From the NCBI GenBank assembly GCA_032718475.1, contig JAUCBJ010003789.1:1-32034 (forward strand): DNA of 32,034 bases. The letters are read 5' to 3'. Below the pieces are notes generated by a model. It did no database searches. It was not told the DNA's origin and worked only from the letters and a program-made list of their open reading frames with translations. Shown piece by piece: positions 13,001 to 23,490 of this stretch. A program made the translations under genes and the position numbers. Every line of letters begins with the position of its first letter. The first letter of the stretch is position 1. Source of the DNA: Nemertoderma westbladi. Lineage: Eukaryota; Animalia; Xenacoelomorpha.

Positions 13001-13190
13001 ACTTAATAATCGTCATGGATGATACGATTACCAACAATCACTGGAGGTTGGCTAGGGTCGTGGAGACCTACTCCGGCGAATACGGAAGAATTAGATCCGT
13101 GGAAGTGAGGATCGGAGGGAAGATACGGGCCAAAGATAGGAAGACCTACAGGAGGGCGGTAGGGAAATGGGTATGGACGTACCAACGTAC
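10040..13190 (+). pseudogene. pol: BEL/Pao Pol (aspartic protease, RT, integrase, DUF5641-like C-terminus); RNase H deleted
   Basis: LVDSRA (degenerate DSG); YYLPLH; VVDASAK..SLND.LMEGPN; DIEGMFNQV; FYVDD; KALGIIWN; H..ILHGG..CQTC; PPFTNCGMD; SDNGTNFVG; LTPAHLL; EYLPTLHKRSIW..WRLARVVETY; many stops and frameshifts. Confidence 0.9.
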
Positions 13191-13263
13191 ATAATAATAG
13201 GTGTAGGTAGTTATAATTACATACGTTGGACAGGTACAAATGTACCAACATACCTAATTTACA

Positions 13264-13442
13264 TACGCACTATTGTGGGCACTGAGGGCGCAACATGAGG
13301 AGTTGAGTGTGGGTATGCACGCATACTGTGGTGGTAGGGTACACAGTACCGTAGATACGTAGTACGCACTATTGTGGGCACTGAGGGCGCCATGTGAGGA
13401 GTTGAGGGGGGTATGCACGCATACCATAGTAGAAGGGTACAC
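13264..13442 (+). repeat. Tandem duplication, 99-bp period, in the retrotransposon 3' UTR
   Basis: TACGCACTATTGTGGGCACTGAGGGCGC...GGTATGCACGCATAC...GGGTACAC starts at 13264 and again at 13363. Confidence 0.85.
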
Positions 13443-13846
13443 TCGCATACCATGGGGTACATGAGTGGGGATAAAACGGGTTGAGTATCAGGGGAGCATG
13501 GGGAGAAGGTGTTAGAGTTAAGGGAGAAAAGTAAAGGGTGCGACGTCCGAGTGTGGCGAGCGAGCGGAGAGGAGGATGAGTCCTAAGGGACTACTGAGCG
13601 AGGAAGGGACAACAAAGTCCGAGAGATAAAATTATGTGAGGAGTGAGGGTGATCATCTAAAACAGACACGCCAGATGCCTTGGTACAGCTTAGCTCGCAG
13701 ATGTACCAAGGATGGGTAGACAAAACAGACCCATGGGGGCCGGCCTGGAAAGCTGACCCTGAGAAGAAAATTCCACCCCACATCCAATATTAGATTGGAT
13801 TCCAGCGGAATTGAAGCGCACTTAAGGTTGATGCTATCTTCTCACC

Positions 13847-13867
13847 GGGAAGATAGAATGGGGGGAG
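13847..13867 (+). promoter_or_regulatory. Polypurine tract (PPT)
   Basis: GGGAAGATAGAATGGGGGGAG immediately precedes TGT of the 3' LTR. Confidence 0.75.
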
Positions 13868-14585
13868 TGTAAGTGGATTCAATTCCCTGCACTACCCAGC
13901 GGAAAATGGGCGAAGTGGCATTTTACCAATTATACTTGGGAAGGTGACATTATCAATAATAATGTCATCTAACAACCAATTTAGGCGATACACATCACCA
14001 GCCACAAAGAAAGTTGAGAGGTCATAAACAATCTCAAAGGGACAAAGGGGATAAAAAAAAGCATGAAAATAAAAAGCTAAAAAGCATGTGGGGATAGTGG
14101 CAGCAGGGAGTGGCGAGATGGAAATTAACTAGGTTAGCCAATGACGGGAGGGGAAAACAGGTGATTGGAAAGCATCTATTGGCCAGGCCGCTTAATACAG
14201 TAACAGTGATTAATATGTGTTAATAATATATAACCATTGTACTTGTGCATTATGATTCAGTTGGTATCTGTAGAGTGTGAGACCAGAACGGTTTCTAACC
14301 ATCGTCATTACCGTGCTATTATATTCTGACTGTGCTATTATTATGTTCTGTGATTACAACAACTGACAGTAAAAACTCAGTTATTCCAACGGCCTTCGGC
14401 CTATCATATCTTATATCCAGACGACAGCCTTTCAGCAGCCTATGGACTCGGTGACGTGTATAATACCAAGACAACACACCAGTCGGGATTTAGCAACCAA
14501 CTCTTGATTCCCATCACAATTACATATAACTAGAGAACTCGCCATTAATACGTATGACTCATCGTTGATGTAGAGCTTCACAATA
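13868..14585 (+). repeat. 3' LTR (~718 bp)
   Basis: Starts TGTAAG after the PPT; right end inferred from ...CACAATA (degenerate ACA) followed by ATTAG matching the 5' TSD. Confidence 0.75.
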
Positions 14586-14590
14586 ATTAG

Positions 14591-15460
14591 TACTGTATGG
14601 TCTGTAACAGTCCCCGTTGCTGTGTGGTAAGCTTGCTGTCGGTTTTAGAAATATCGCTTATATATTACTTGGTATAAAGTATATATAGTATATTAAATAG
14701 TATAGTATTAGTATATAATACTTGGTAATTATTTGAAAATTCGGTGCTACCTTGTGAAACTACCTGTTGCTAAGTTAACTCTCTGTTGCTATACAAAATT
14801 CTACGTTGCCAAGGAGAACTTACTACTGTTATTTAAACTTCACAGATCATTAAAAAACATGTTATCACTTTAAATAACGATGTTGGTACTAAAATACCCT
14901 GGTTGCTAAAGAAAAGTTTCGTTGCTAAGTATATTAAGGTCATTCGAATATAATTTTGTAATTTTCTACAGCATCTCATGCTACAAAAAAATACTGAACT
15001 GTACATTAAACCGAATTTAGAGTAATTTTAATAAGTCACTCCCGAATTAGGTTCAAAACTCCCGTTGTTATGCTCAAAAATAATGGCTTTGTTAAATAAA
15101 ATAACTGTAACAGACTCCACACAATTTTTTTTTCAATAATCTTTAATATGATTAACTTCCATTGTCAATAAAATTCCAAATACGTTGCTGAAACTATATA
15201 AATACTAAAATATGCCCGTTGCTATGGTAAGTTGCTGGACTCCTCACACGACGGGACTTATGTTGCTCAATGATATAACAATTATTTTCAAATAAATAGC
15301 TAATAAATTAATTTCCATGCATTTATTTAAAGTATCAAACAAATTATAAAATATTAGAAAAGTTTTTAAAAAGATTTTAAAAATATTGCAGCAATAAGTT
15401 TCTGACTCCCTCACACACAGAAACTTCCATCAGAATTTAATGCACAATGTTGCTGAGCGA
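14591..15460 (+). repeat. Region with ~11 co-oriented GTTGC(T/C) motifs; probable subterminal region of a DNA transposon
   Basis: Copies near 14616, 14766, 14785, 14805, 14902, 14921, 15184, 15218, 15231, 15262 and 15448, all on the + strand. Confidence 0.45.
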
Positions 15461-15775
15461 GTGTGTCCAGCAACTTATTACTGACCCCTTCTCATGGAGC
15501 AACTTTTGATCCTGGTGCAAGTTAAGGTAATAAAAGTAGCTTTGAGCCTTTTTTTATTTTTAGCTGGAGTTTGGCGTTAGTTTTTTGTCTTTAAAACACT
15601 GGTTCCAGAAAATGTTCAGAAATATATATATTAAAATAAATCAAAATACCTTAATAAATATGTGCTTTAGAAGCCAATGCAATGTAGGAACTATAATGTT
15701 GGGGAATAATATATGGAAGGTCGTACTTGATTCTATATAATGGAACGGCAAACCTTTACGTAATGGAATACTTAC

Positions 15776-16438
15776 TTGATTCTGTATCCATCTCCATCTC
15801 AAGTTGTAAACTTTCATCATAAATTGTTTCAAGCTGATCATCGGATAAATAATAGCTATAATAACGTGCATGCGCGATGTAACCCTGAAATACTTCTTCA
15901 TTACTTTGCCGTTTCCCAATTACCAAGTTTCTTTCCCGTACAAACTCTAATGTACTACGAGCTGTGGTTGGGGTATCCAGTAATAACTTTTGATGATCAA
16001 CAAATCCTACTTTCCGGCTATAGAGCATGCCAATTTTGTTAATTGCATTGACACCAACTGCTACCATATGCCACTCATTAACCATTACAGAACTAGGCAT
16101 TGTAAATGGAGTATGATCATTCCAAGCATCGTAGTACAGAGTTGTTTCATCACATAAACAAAGGTGAGCAGCACTCTTATCCGGACTTCCAAAATCAAAT
16201 ATTGGACCACCAAGGTTTGTCTTTATAAAAGCCATCATAGTAAATGTTTCTGATTGTAACTCATTTCCATATGTTACTAAAATGTAACCGCTATGAGAAT
16301 TCAGAGCCTGGTTATCAATTCCTGCTGGACCTGGACCAAATGATGGACTTAACTTAATTATCCCAGTTGGTGTTCCGATTTTTGCATTCGCTCCATATCT
16401 TGAATTCAAAGGCCAATAAGCTTCAATGTTATATGTGG
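15776..16438 (-). CDS. Coding exon C (third in transcription order): concanavalin A-like/LamG-type domain, phase 1-1, 663 nt
   Basis: Acceptor tttgtatttcag|CC ACA TAT; donor TCA A|gtaagt; open frame AYWPLN..FGPGPAGIDNQA..ETFTMMAFIK..GPIF..EWHMVAVGVN..FQGYIAHARYY..LSDDQLETIY. Confidence 0.85.
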
Positions 16439-17725
16439 CTGAAATACAAATTTAGATATTTCGATAGATATGAATGGGTGGTATATGTACCAGTAAAAGT
16501 AAGTGTAATTCTTAATTTCGACTCATAAGTAACAAAAAGCGAAAAGAAAAAAATAAACAAATTATTAGTCAACATCAAAAATTGTGATACGGCTATTTTA
16601 ACATATATTAGAAAAATTTTAAAAACGATTTATTTATTACCTAGAATGTACCTAATAAGAACACTGAATGGTACTATCCAACACCAAATGACATTCAGAA
16701 TGTTATATTATATTAAATTCTCCCATGTGTGATCAATGGTGACTGGGACTTGACCGAATGGCGTCCTTAAAATTCATTTTAACGAATGCATCTGAAATTT
16801 AACACTTATTTTCTATGATTTTCCAATAAAACTTCCAATTGAAACACTTTGCATGGCTTCTTTACGATCAAAAGACAACATTTGTGTGTCGTATTTCTGA
16901 TTTATATGGCCTCCAGTAAGAACAAAAAGCCAAACTCTGCCACCCTGTACCATGTTGACGCCATGACATAAATTAAATCTGAGGTTGCTTTACTCAGTTG
17001 AACTAAGGTTGCAGGAAATCAAATCTTACAATTCGGTTTTGAAACTCATGTTTTGACCTTTGAACCATTCATCGGCTACAAGTTTTGGAATTAGCCAAAA
17101 AATTATCGCATTCAGCATCCTAAATATTTGGAAATAGATTAAATACTAGACTTCTACCCCTACTAAATCGGCAATTGCGTTTCAAATGAGCCAAAAGTGA
17201 CCAATCTACGACAAAGATAAGTTCTCGAACTTGTAAAATACCTTTCATTGAAATGCTTTATAGACAATAATTAGCGATCTGAAGCACCAATCACTAAATT
17301 TTTGACCTGCAGGTGAAAATGGAACTAATTTTATTTTTTTTTGCGTTTTCAGTGTCGTAATAGGATAAGCAATCGATTTAAGGGATAGTAAGCAGGATCT
17401 CAATACCTACCCCTGTACCTCCTACCTCTACCCGCAGGCAGGTTTGAGATTGTATTGATATTGAGCAATCTCTAGGGAAAAACTTGATCAGGAAAAGTGT
17501 TTGTGCAGAGATGAAAATTGCACTTGGTTTGTCTTTCCGTCACTTCATATATTGCTATACCAGTAAGGTAATATGCACTGTTCTGTCATTTGTCCCAAGA
17601 TACAAAATATTTTTTTGTCGAAACGTAATTTTTTTCTGCCAAAATGAATATTTTTGGCGAATCGTGGCTCTTGCGATCTAACCATTCCACCTTGGCGTTG
17701 TGGTTAAATACAATATCTTGAATTC

Positions 17726-18180
17726 ACTACTAGGATCGGCATGCTGCTCAAGAAAGTCATGGGCTGTCGACCATGCTTATTCACTCCATGAGGATGCCAA
17801 AGCACAAGATTATACACTGGCTGATCCTCACGGCGAAAGCAATGTCCTGCAAAGCGGAGGCGATTTTGTTCTAGTGTCAAGCTTGGGGGAACCAATGAGA
17901 CACCTTCAATGTTATATAGTGTCTGGTTGGAGATGTGTGCATTATACTTGACACATTGTACCCGGCGTAGCATTCTTGTGATTGTGCCATCCAAAGATTT
18001 GATGTCCTCAGCAGTTAGAGCCCAGCATAGACTCCCATAGAGGAGTACTGGAACTACTGCTGCTCTAAATAATCGGACCTTAAGCTTCCGATTAATTCTC
18101 TGTGACTTCCAAATCCTGGAAAGCATAAGGCTGCCCATGCCTTTCCCTTACGTATTCGAAGGTCCTCACCTGACTTCCGA
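17726..18180 (-). mobile_element. RTE-like LINE 3' fragment (copy 2)
   Basis: ORF 17704-18138 (KLKVRLF..PVLLYGS..RLRFAGHC) about 90% identical by eye to 21665-22100; same 3' end GCAGCATGCCGATCC(TAG)n, with a ~130-bp internal deletion. Confidence 0.85.
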
Positions 18181-18213
18181 TTTCATTTTGGTCACATGAA
18201 TTCAAATCTCCTC

Positions 18214-18290
18214 GGAGGTCCTGGGTTCAATCCCCACATGGTACCAGGATAGTATCCCTCTGGAGAGTTTAGTTCAGGGGAACAGCTTAT
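18214..18290 (+). mobile_element. Possible tRNA-derived SINE fragment
   Basis: GAGGTCCTGGGTTCAATCCCCA resembles a variable loop plus T-arm/B box; A box absent. Confidence 0.3.
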
Positions 18291-18373
18291 AATTATAAAA
18301 TTAATATATATTTTAAATTAACTAATATTATCAAATAAGAATAAATATATAGTAGGAAATAAATAAATTAATA

Positions 18374-18487
18374 GTGTAATAAGGATAAAGTTTGGAGATG
18401 TATATAATAATATCGTATATATAATATGGTAATTAATGTTATATACTATATTAATATATACGTCTCCAAACTTTATCCTTATTACGC
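18374..18487. repeat. AT-rich inverted repeat/hairpin (~47-bp arms), possible tiny MITE
   Basis: GTAATAAGGATAAAGTTTGGAGATGTATAT... pairs with ...ATATACGTCTCCAAACTTTATCCTTATTAC. Confidence 0.8.
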
Positions 18488-18592
18488 AATTATATATTAC
18501 ATTAAACTCAATCAAATAATTAATAAATAAATAAATTGAACAAATATAGAATAATAAAAAATAATAAAAATATTTGTTTCTCATGAGATAAC

Positions 18593-19258
18593 CTGTGTCT
18601 GTTGATTCCTCATGTTGAATGCTTTCATCATAAATGGTATCCAGAAGAATTTCTGATACATAACATGTGTAATAGCGTGCATGGGCGATGTATCCTGGAA
18701 ACGCATGTCTATCGGAACTCTGTCTCCCTATTCTCAGAGTGTTCTTAGTATCTGCATTACCTCTAGCTGTTGATGGTGTAACAAACTCCATCTTCTGATG
18801 GTCATCATTTCCTACTTTCCGACTGTAGAACATCACCTTTTTCTCCACCGCATTGACTCCAACAGCCACCATATACCATTCAAAACGTTCTGCAGCATTA
18901 TCCATTGTAAGTGCTGAAGAAATGCCATTTCGTGCATCATAGTAGAGGGTTGTTGCTGTGGGTTTCAGCCATAAATGGCTACCAATTTTCTCCCCTGGCC
19001 AAGTTTCATATTGAAATATTGGACCTGGATCAGCTGATTTTACAAAGGCAACCATAGTGAAAGTTTCTGATAATAACTCTCTACCATGATAAATTACAAC
19101 AAATCCACTCTGGAAATTCATTGCCTGGTTATCAATTCCTGCTGGTCCTGGACCAAATGTGGGAATGAATCGCAATTCTCCATTTTGATTTCCCATCTTG
19201 TCATTGCCGCCATATTCTATGTTTAATGGCCAGTAAGCATAATGTTGGTAAGACTCTC
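18593..19258 (-). CDS. Coding exon B: concanavalin A-like/LamG-type domain, phase 1-1, 666 nt
   Basis: Acceptor ttttggttgcag|GA GAG TCT; donor ACA G|gttatc; open frame paralogous to the other two exons over its whole length. Confidence 0.85.
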
Positions 19259-20029
19259 CTGCAACCAAAATAAATTGTTCAATATATATGAAGGAATCTT
19301 CAAGGAATAATACTTATTTGGGAAGATGATGGCGAATAGTAGGATAGTGATATGTACTGTACAATGTACATATTGAGAGTGAACTGCTATCTAACTTTTA
19401 TAGACTTTAGGCCGAAATTTGTATTTTTGACCTTATTAACATAATTTATGCAATTATTTTTAATAAATTGGAAAGAATCTTAGATTGAAGTGCTCAAAAT
19501 GGCATCATTTGTTCACAATAAATGCTAATGTTAAAAAATTATTAGAAAAAACATTTTTTGCCACATTTTTTGAATGTGGCAATTTGAAATTTTTTCATCT
19601 ACATTTGTCATTTTTTGACATTATTTCAGCAAACACAAACGAAAATGAAAAAAATGGTAATAGGAAGTGTTAAGCATCCTCCAATCATCATTCGTGCCAA
19701 ATTTCACTTATATTCGTTCATTTTTGGAAAAGCATTTAAAATTTGAAATTTAAAAATTATATTATCCGTAAACGTATTTAAATTTTATGGTTAGTGTAAT
19801 TTAATGAAGTCTAACTATTGCAATGTTAGAAAGACCACAACCCAGCTGAAATTTTTATTGCAAGGGTTTTCCGGGTCGGTGATGATTACATTTTTAAAGT
19901 CAGTTAGTTGCCTCATTTGACAGCGTTGTGTCTGTCAGAAGTACTGTCTGTCTGTCCATCAAAATATAATATAAATCAAAATATACGGTGCACGAGGGAT
20001 CAATATCGGTCTGCGAGGTCATTGCCCCG

Positions 20030-20345
20030 CAGACCCGCACCATCCCCAAGTCCAGCGCCCTCCTTGGTCGCTGGCCACCACGCAGACAAAGGGAGTTTGA
20101 GTGGAGAAGCGTGAACTGCAGCCACCTCTGATATCAACCGAGAACGCAGCGAGAACGCAGGCTAGACCACGTTCCCGCATCACCTTCCACCGAGCCACTA
20201 GGGTCTCATTAAGGTGGCGGATGAAGATATCAGTCACCTTGCACCACACCCTGTCGGTGGTTCCGACAAGGGGGGTGAAGGAGAACTTTCTATCTTCGCA
20301 AACCACACTGTAATGCACCTTTTTGGCTAGGACTCTCTGTTCATC
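20030..20345 (-). mobile_element. CRE-clade non-LTR retrotransposon 3' fragment (C-terminus of the restriction-like endonuclease)
   Basis: KKVHYSVVCEDRKFSFTPLVGTTD..IFIRHL..LVARW, then GLGDGAGL in another frame; same motif series as 31395-31700. Confidence 0.6.
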
Positions 20346-20813
20346 ATTTTCAAACATGAAAACTGACAACGGAAATGAAATCACCAACCATATCCCCATA
20401 ACAATATCGTTTGCTATTTGGAAAGCTGTCCTAATACTTTGACAGAAATATCTTTGGATATATTGAAGTAAAACAGCATACTTAAAATAATATAAAAATC
20501 TAGCCAAAAGAACTGATGCCTGTATGTTATTTGATATAATAATACGTAGTTTATATGCCATGTAAAAAATGTCATTTAAATAATCAAAACGTGCGATATA
20601 AAATTTAAGTGGCATATTGTACATAAAGAATATAAATAGGCTATATTATTATAACCAATTGCGTATGAAGGAAACTACTAATCCCAAGATAAACAATAAT
20701 ATTCAATTGTCTAGAATGTCCTGAATTAGTAACCTTCAGATATTGGAATTAACTCCATATTTTTTGTAAAAGATCCTTAAATGCAGTATTTTATAACTAT
20801 CTCGGTGTGTGAG

Positions 20814-20904
20814 CAGGGCCGTATTTAGTCATAGACCGAGTAGGTAGGTAGCAGGTCCCACAAAGTTATGACGTAGGGGCTCCCGGAATCTAAATCCGGC
20901 CCTG
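20814..20904. mobile_element. 91-bp hAT-type MITE
   Basis: 15-bp TIR CAGGGCCG(T/G)ATTTAG (14/15 match); 8-bp TSD TGTGTGAG (20806-20813) and GGTGTGAG (20905-20912). Confidence 0.8.
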
Positions 20905-21039
20905 GGTGTGAGTGTGAGTCAGGCAGGAGTGAACAGCCTATTCACTAATTATATCATATGCTATGAGTTTAAAATCTTTGTGACTTGAAAATAAAGTGAG
21001 TTCGACGGGGTTGTGTGATTGTGGCACTCATGTATGATT

Positions 21040-21460
21040 TCAAAAGATAGTTTCGAAAATGTTAGCTCAGTTGTAGAATTCGAAACAGGTAGCAAACCAA
21101 AATAATGCAGAAGCATCACTATATTACTTAAATATCTAGTGATGATTTTTAAACATCGGGAAGTTTTTATTACAAACCAGGAATATAATTCCATAGAAAT
21201 TCTCTCCATTGGAATATCCATATCATCAGAATGAAGTTCCTCCACAACCTTCAAAATCTTCTTGGATGTTGAATCTTTGATGAATAATGTAATAAGTTCC
21301 TATAAAAAGAACTGCTTTGGTCGGTATTTAACCAATCGATCCCTAAAAACTGGCCTATACAACCATGGAATGAAACAATTACGACGAAAGTATTCTTTTG
21401 GTGGAACAGCTGGTATGTTCCCATGGTTTGTCTGCCGCCTGACAACATAAGGAGCAACTA
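21040..21460 (-). pseudogene. hAT transposase C-terminal fragment (ZMYM1/PRKRIR-like type) with dimerization motif
   Basis: RRQTNHGNIPAVPPKEYFRRNCFIPWL, then LLPVSNSTTELTFSKL (cf. hATC LPV...ERSFSKL). Confidence 0.65.
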
Positions 21461-21511
21461 ACTCCACTCCACCATGAACATCTGGAGTCTTCTTCACTTG
21501 CTGATAGATGT

Positions 21512-23490
21512 CTACTACTACTAGGATCGGCATGCTGCATTGCAGCTGCATTTTTATGAATGCTGTGCCGGCTTATCGACAAAATTGCACCGCCACAACT
21601 CCCTATCACCCATGACATTTGCTAGATCATCCGCATCTTCAAGTCCAGTGTCCTTTAAGATGCGTCTCAAGAAAGTCATGGGCTGTCCACCATGATTATT
21701 CACTCCATGAGGCTGCCAAAGTACAAGATTATGCACTGGCTGGTCCTCACGGTGAAAGCAATGTCCTGCAAAGCGGAGGCGATTTTGTTCTAGAGTCAAG
21801 CTTGGGGGAACCAATGAGACACCTCCAATGTTATATAGTGTCTGGTTGGAGATGTGTGCATTGTACTTGACACAATGAACCCGGCGTATCATTCTTGTGA
21901 ATGTGCTATCCATAGATTTGGTGTCCTCAGCAGTTAGAGCCCAGCATGGACCCCCATAGAGGAGTACTGGAACTACTGATGCTCTAAATAATCGAACCTT
22001 AAGTTTCCGATTTATTCTCGGTGACTTCCAAATCCTGGAAAGCCTATTCAAGGCTGCTCATGCCTTTCCCTTACGTATTCGAAGGTCCTCACCTGACTTC
22101 CGGATAGTAGTAGTACAGAAGTCATCCACATGCTCAAGCATACCATATTTTGAGCTTATGCTCATCCGATCAGAGACTTGCTGAGGACTTTCAAAGTTAA
22201 CTGTCAAAATGTTGGTCTTTCTGGAGTTAATAAAAAGACCAACACTAGAAGCAGCATGTTCTAATGAGCTGAGGAGCCGTTGGGCTCTCTCTAGTGATTC
22301 TGAGAGTACTCCTAAGTCATCAGCAAAGTCTAGATCAGTTAGGTACTTGGCAGGATTTCCTCGACTTCTGGAGCCAGTAGGTGGAGTTATCATCACCCCA
22401 TAATCATTATGATGATCTAAGGACATGCGTAGAACATAGTCAACAACAATTATGAACAAGAATGGTGCAAGTGTGTCTCCCTGGAGGACGCCCCATAACA
22501 CTTCAAATGGTTCTGTGTCACCGCCAACAGTAGACACAAATGTTGTCGAACCATCGTATACTGATCTGATTGCTGCAATAATTTCATCAGGAATCCCATA
22601 TAATGAAAGTATGCTGAACATACGTGAGCGAGAGACTGAATCAAAGGCCTTGAAGAAGTCAACAAAGATAACAGCCAGATGCCTGTCTTTCTTTTTTGAT
22701 AACTCTTCAATTATCCTTCTAAGTGCCAAAATGGGCTCCATGGTCCCACTCCACGGAACCCATTCTGATTTCCACGGAGCAGTCTCTCAATGGGATCCCT
22801 GATGCGATTTAATAGAATTCTATTGTATATCTTTGCAGCAATCGAGATCAATGAGATTCCCCGAAAAGAACCATAGAGTGTTAGGTTGCCCTTCTTGGGA
22901 ACTGGCACCAACTTATTTGTTTTCATTTCTTGTGGGACTCTTGTTGTTCGGTACATGTCTACTATGATGGGATAGATGAGCTTTAAACACTCAGGTATTT
23001 TAAAGACCTCAGGGGGAACACCATCTACTCCACTGGCACGATTGGTCTTAATGCTGTTTGCAGCAGCCTTCACTTCTGCAAAGGAGATATCACCAATGTG
23101 AATATCTGGGAGTACAGACTCAGACACCTTTACTTCTATAAAGTTATCAGGCAATACCCTGTCATTATTGAGGAGCTTTTCAAAGTGGGCCTTCCAACCA
23201 TTGAGGCGATCGGCTGGTGATTCAGCCTTAACCTTGGTGGTTGGTTGGCTTTTTCGACCAGCAAGCAAGTTGATCGATCTCCATGCCTGGGATGATTGCC
23301 TGCTGTCATCAGCATCATTGATGGCATCAACTTGTTGGTTTATTAGCTCCTGTAAATTAACAGAGTACTGCCTGTTCAGCAAAGTTCTGCTCACAATAAT
23401 CCATCAACTTTTGAAGCTCAGCAATATACCTCAATCAGTTTGTAGGCAGAAGTTAATTCTTGAAGAGCTTCACTAACACCTATGGCTAAA
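21512..23490 (-). mobile_element. RTE-like LINE, 5'-truncated, RT frameshifted (copy 1)
   Basis: ORFs 22711-23394, 22058-22741 and 21554-22051: PVPKKGNL..RGISLISIAAKIYNRILLNRI..QNGFR; VDFFKAFDSV; GVLQGDTLAPFLF; DLDFADD; PVLLYG; 3' (TAG)n tail; no endonuclease; 5' limit approximate. Confidence 0.92.

Larger units (their letters stand above)
3874..14585 (+). mobile_element. BEL/Pao LTR retrotransposon, defective
   Basis: Direct LTRs starting TGTAAG at 3874 and 13868; PPT before the 3' LTR; ATTAG at 3869-3873 and 14586-14590 (5-bp TSD); Gag-PR-RT-IN order with Pao-type motifs. Confidence 0.92.

Noticed and set aside
13264-13442. CRISPR-like repeat-spacer pattern
   Set aside because: Only two units, the inter-repeat sequence is also homologous, and the context is a eukaryotic retrotransposon 3' UTR
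15724-15787. Duplicated donor-like sequence (TACTTGATTCT twice, 49 bp apart) after exon C
   Set aside because: The second site is weak, out of phase and downstream of an in-frame stop
16655-16800. Short coding-like remnant (EWYYPTPND...ILPCVINGDWDL) on the + strand
   Set aside because: Probably a transposon protein C-terminal fragment, but too short and broken to assign
18318-18592. Hydrophobic C-terminal extension of ORF 18318-19268 resembling transmembrane segments
   Set aside because: AT-rich intron read-through (I/Y/F/N/L bias) beyond a donor site conserved in position in all three exons; it includes a DNA hairpin and is absent from the paralogs
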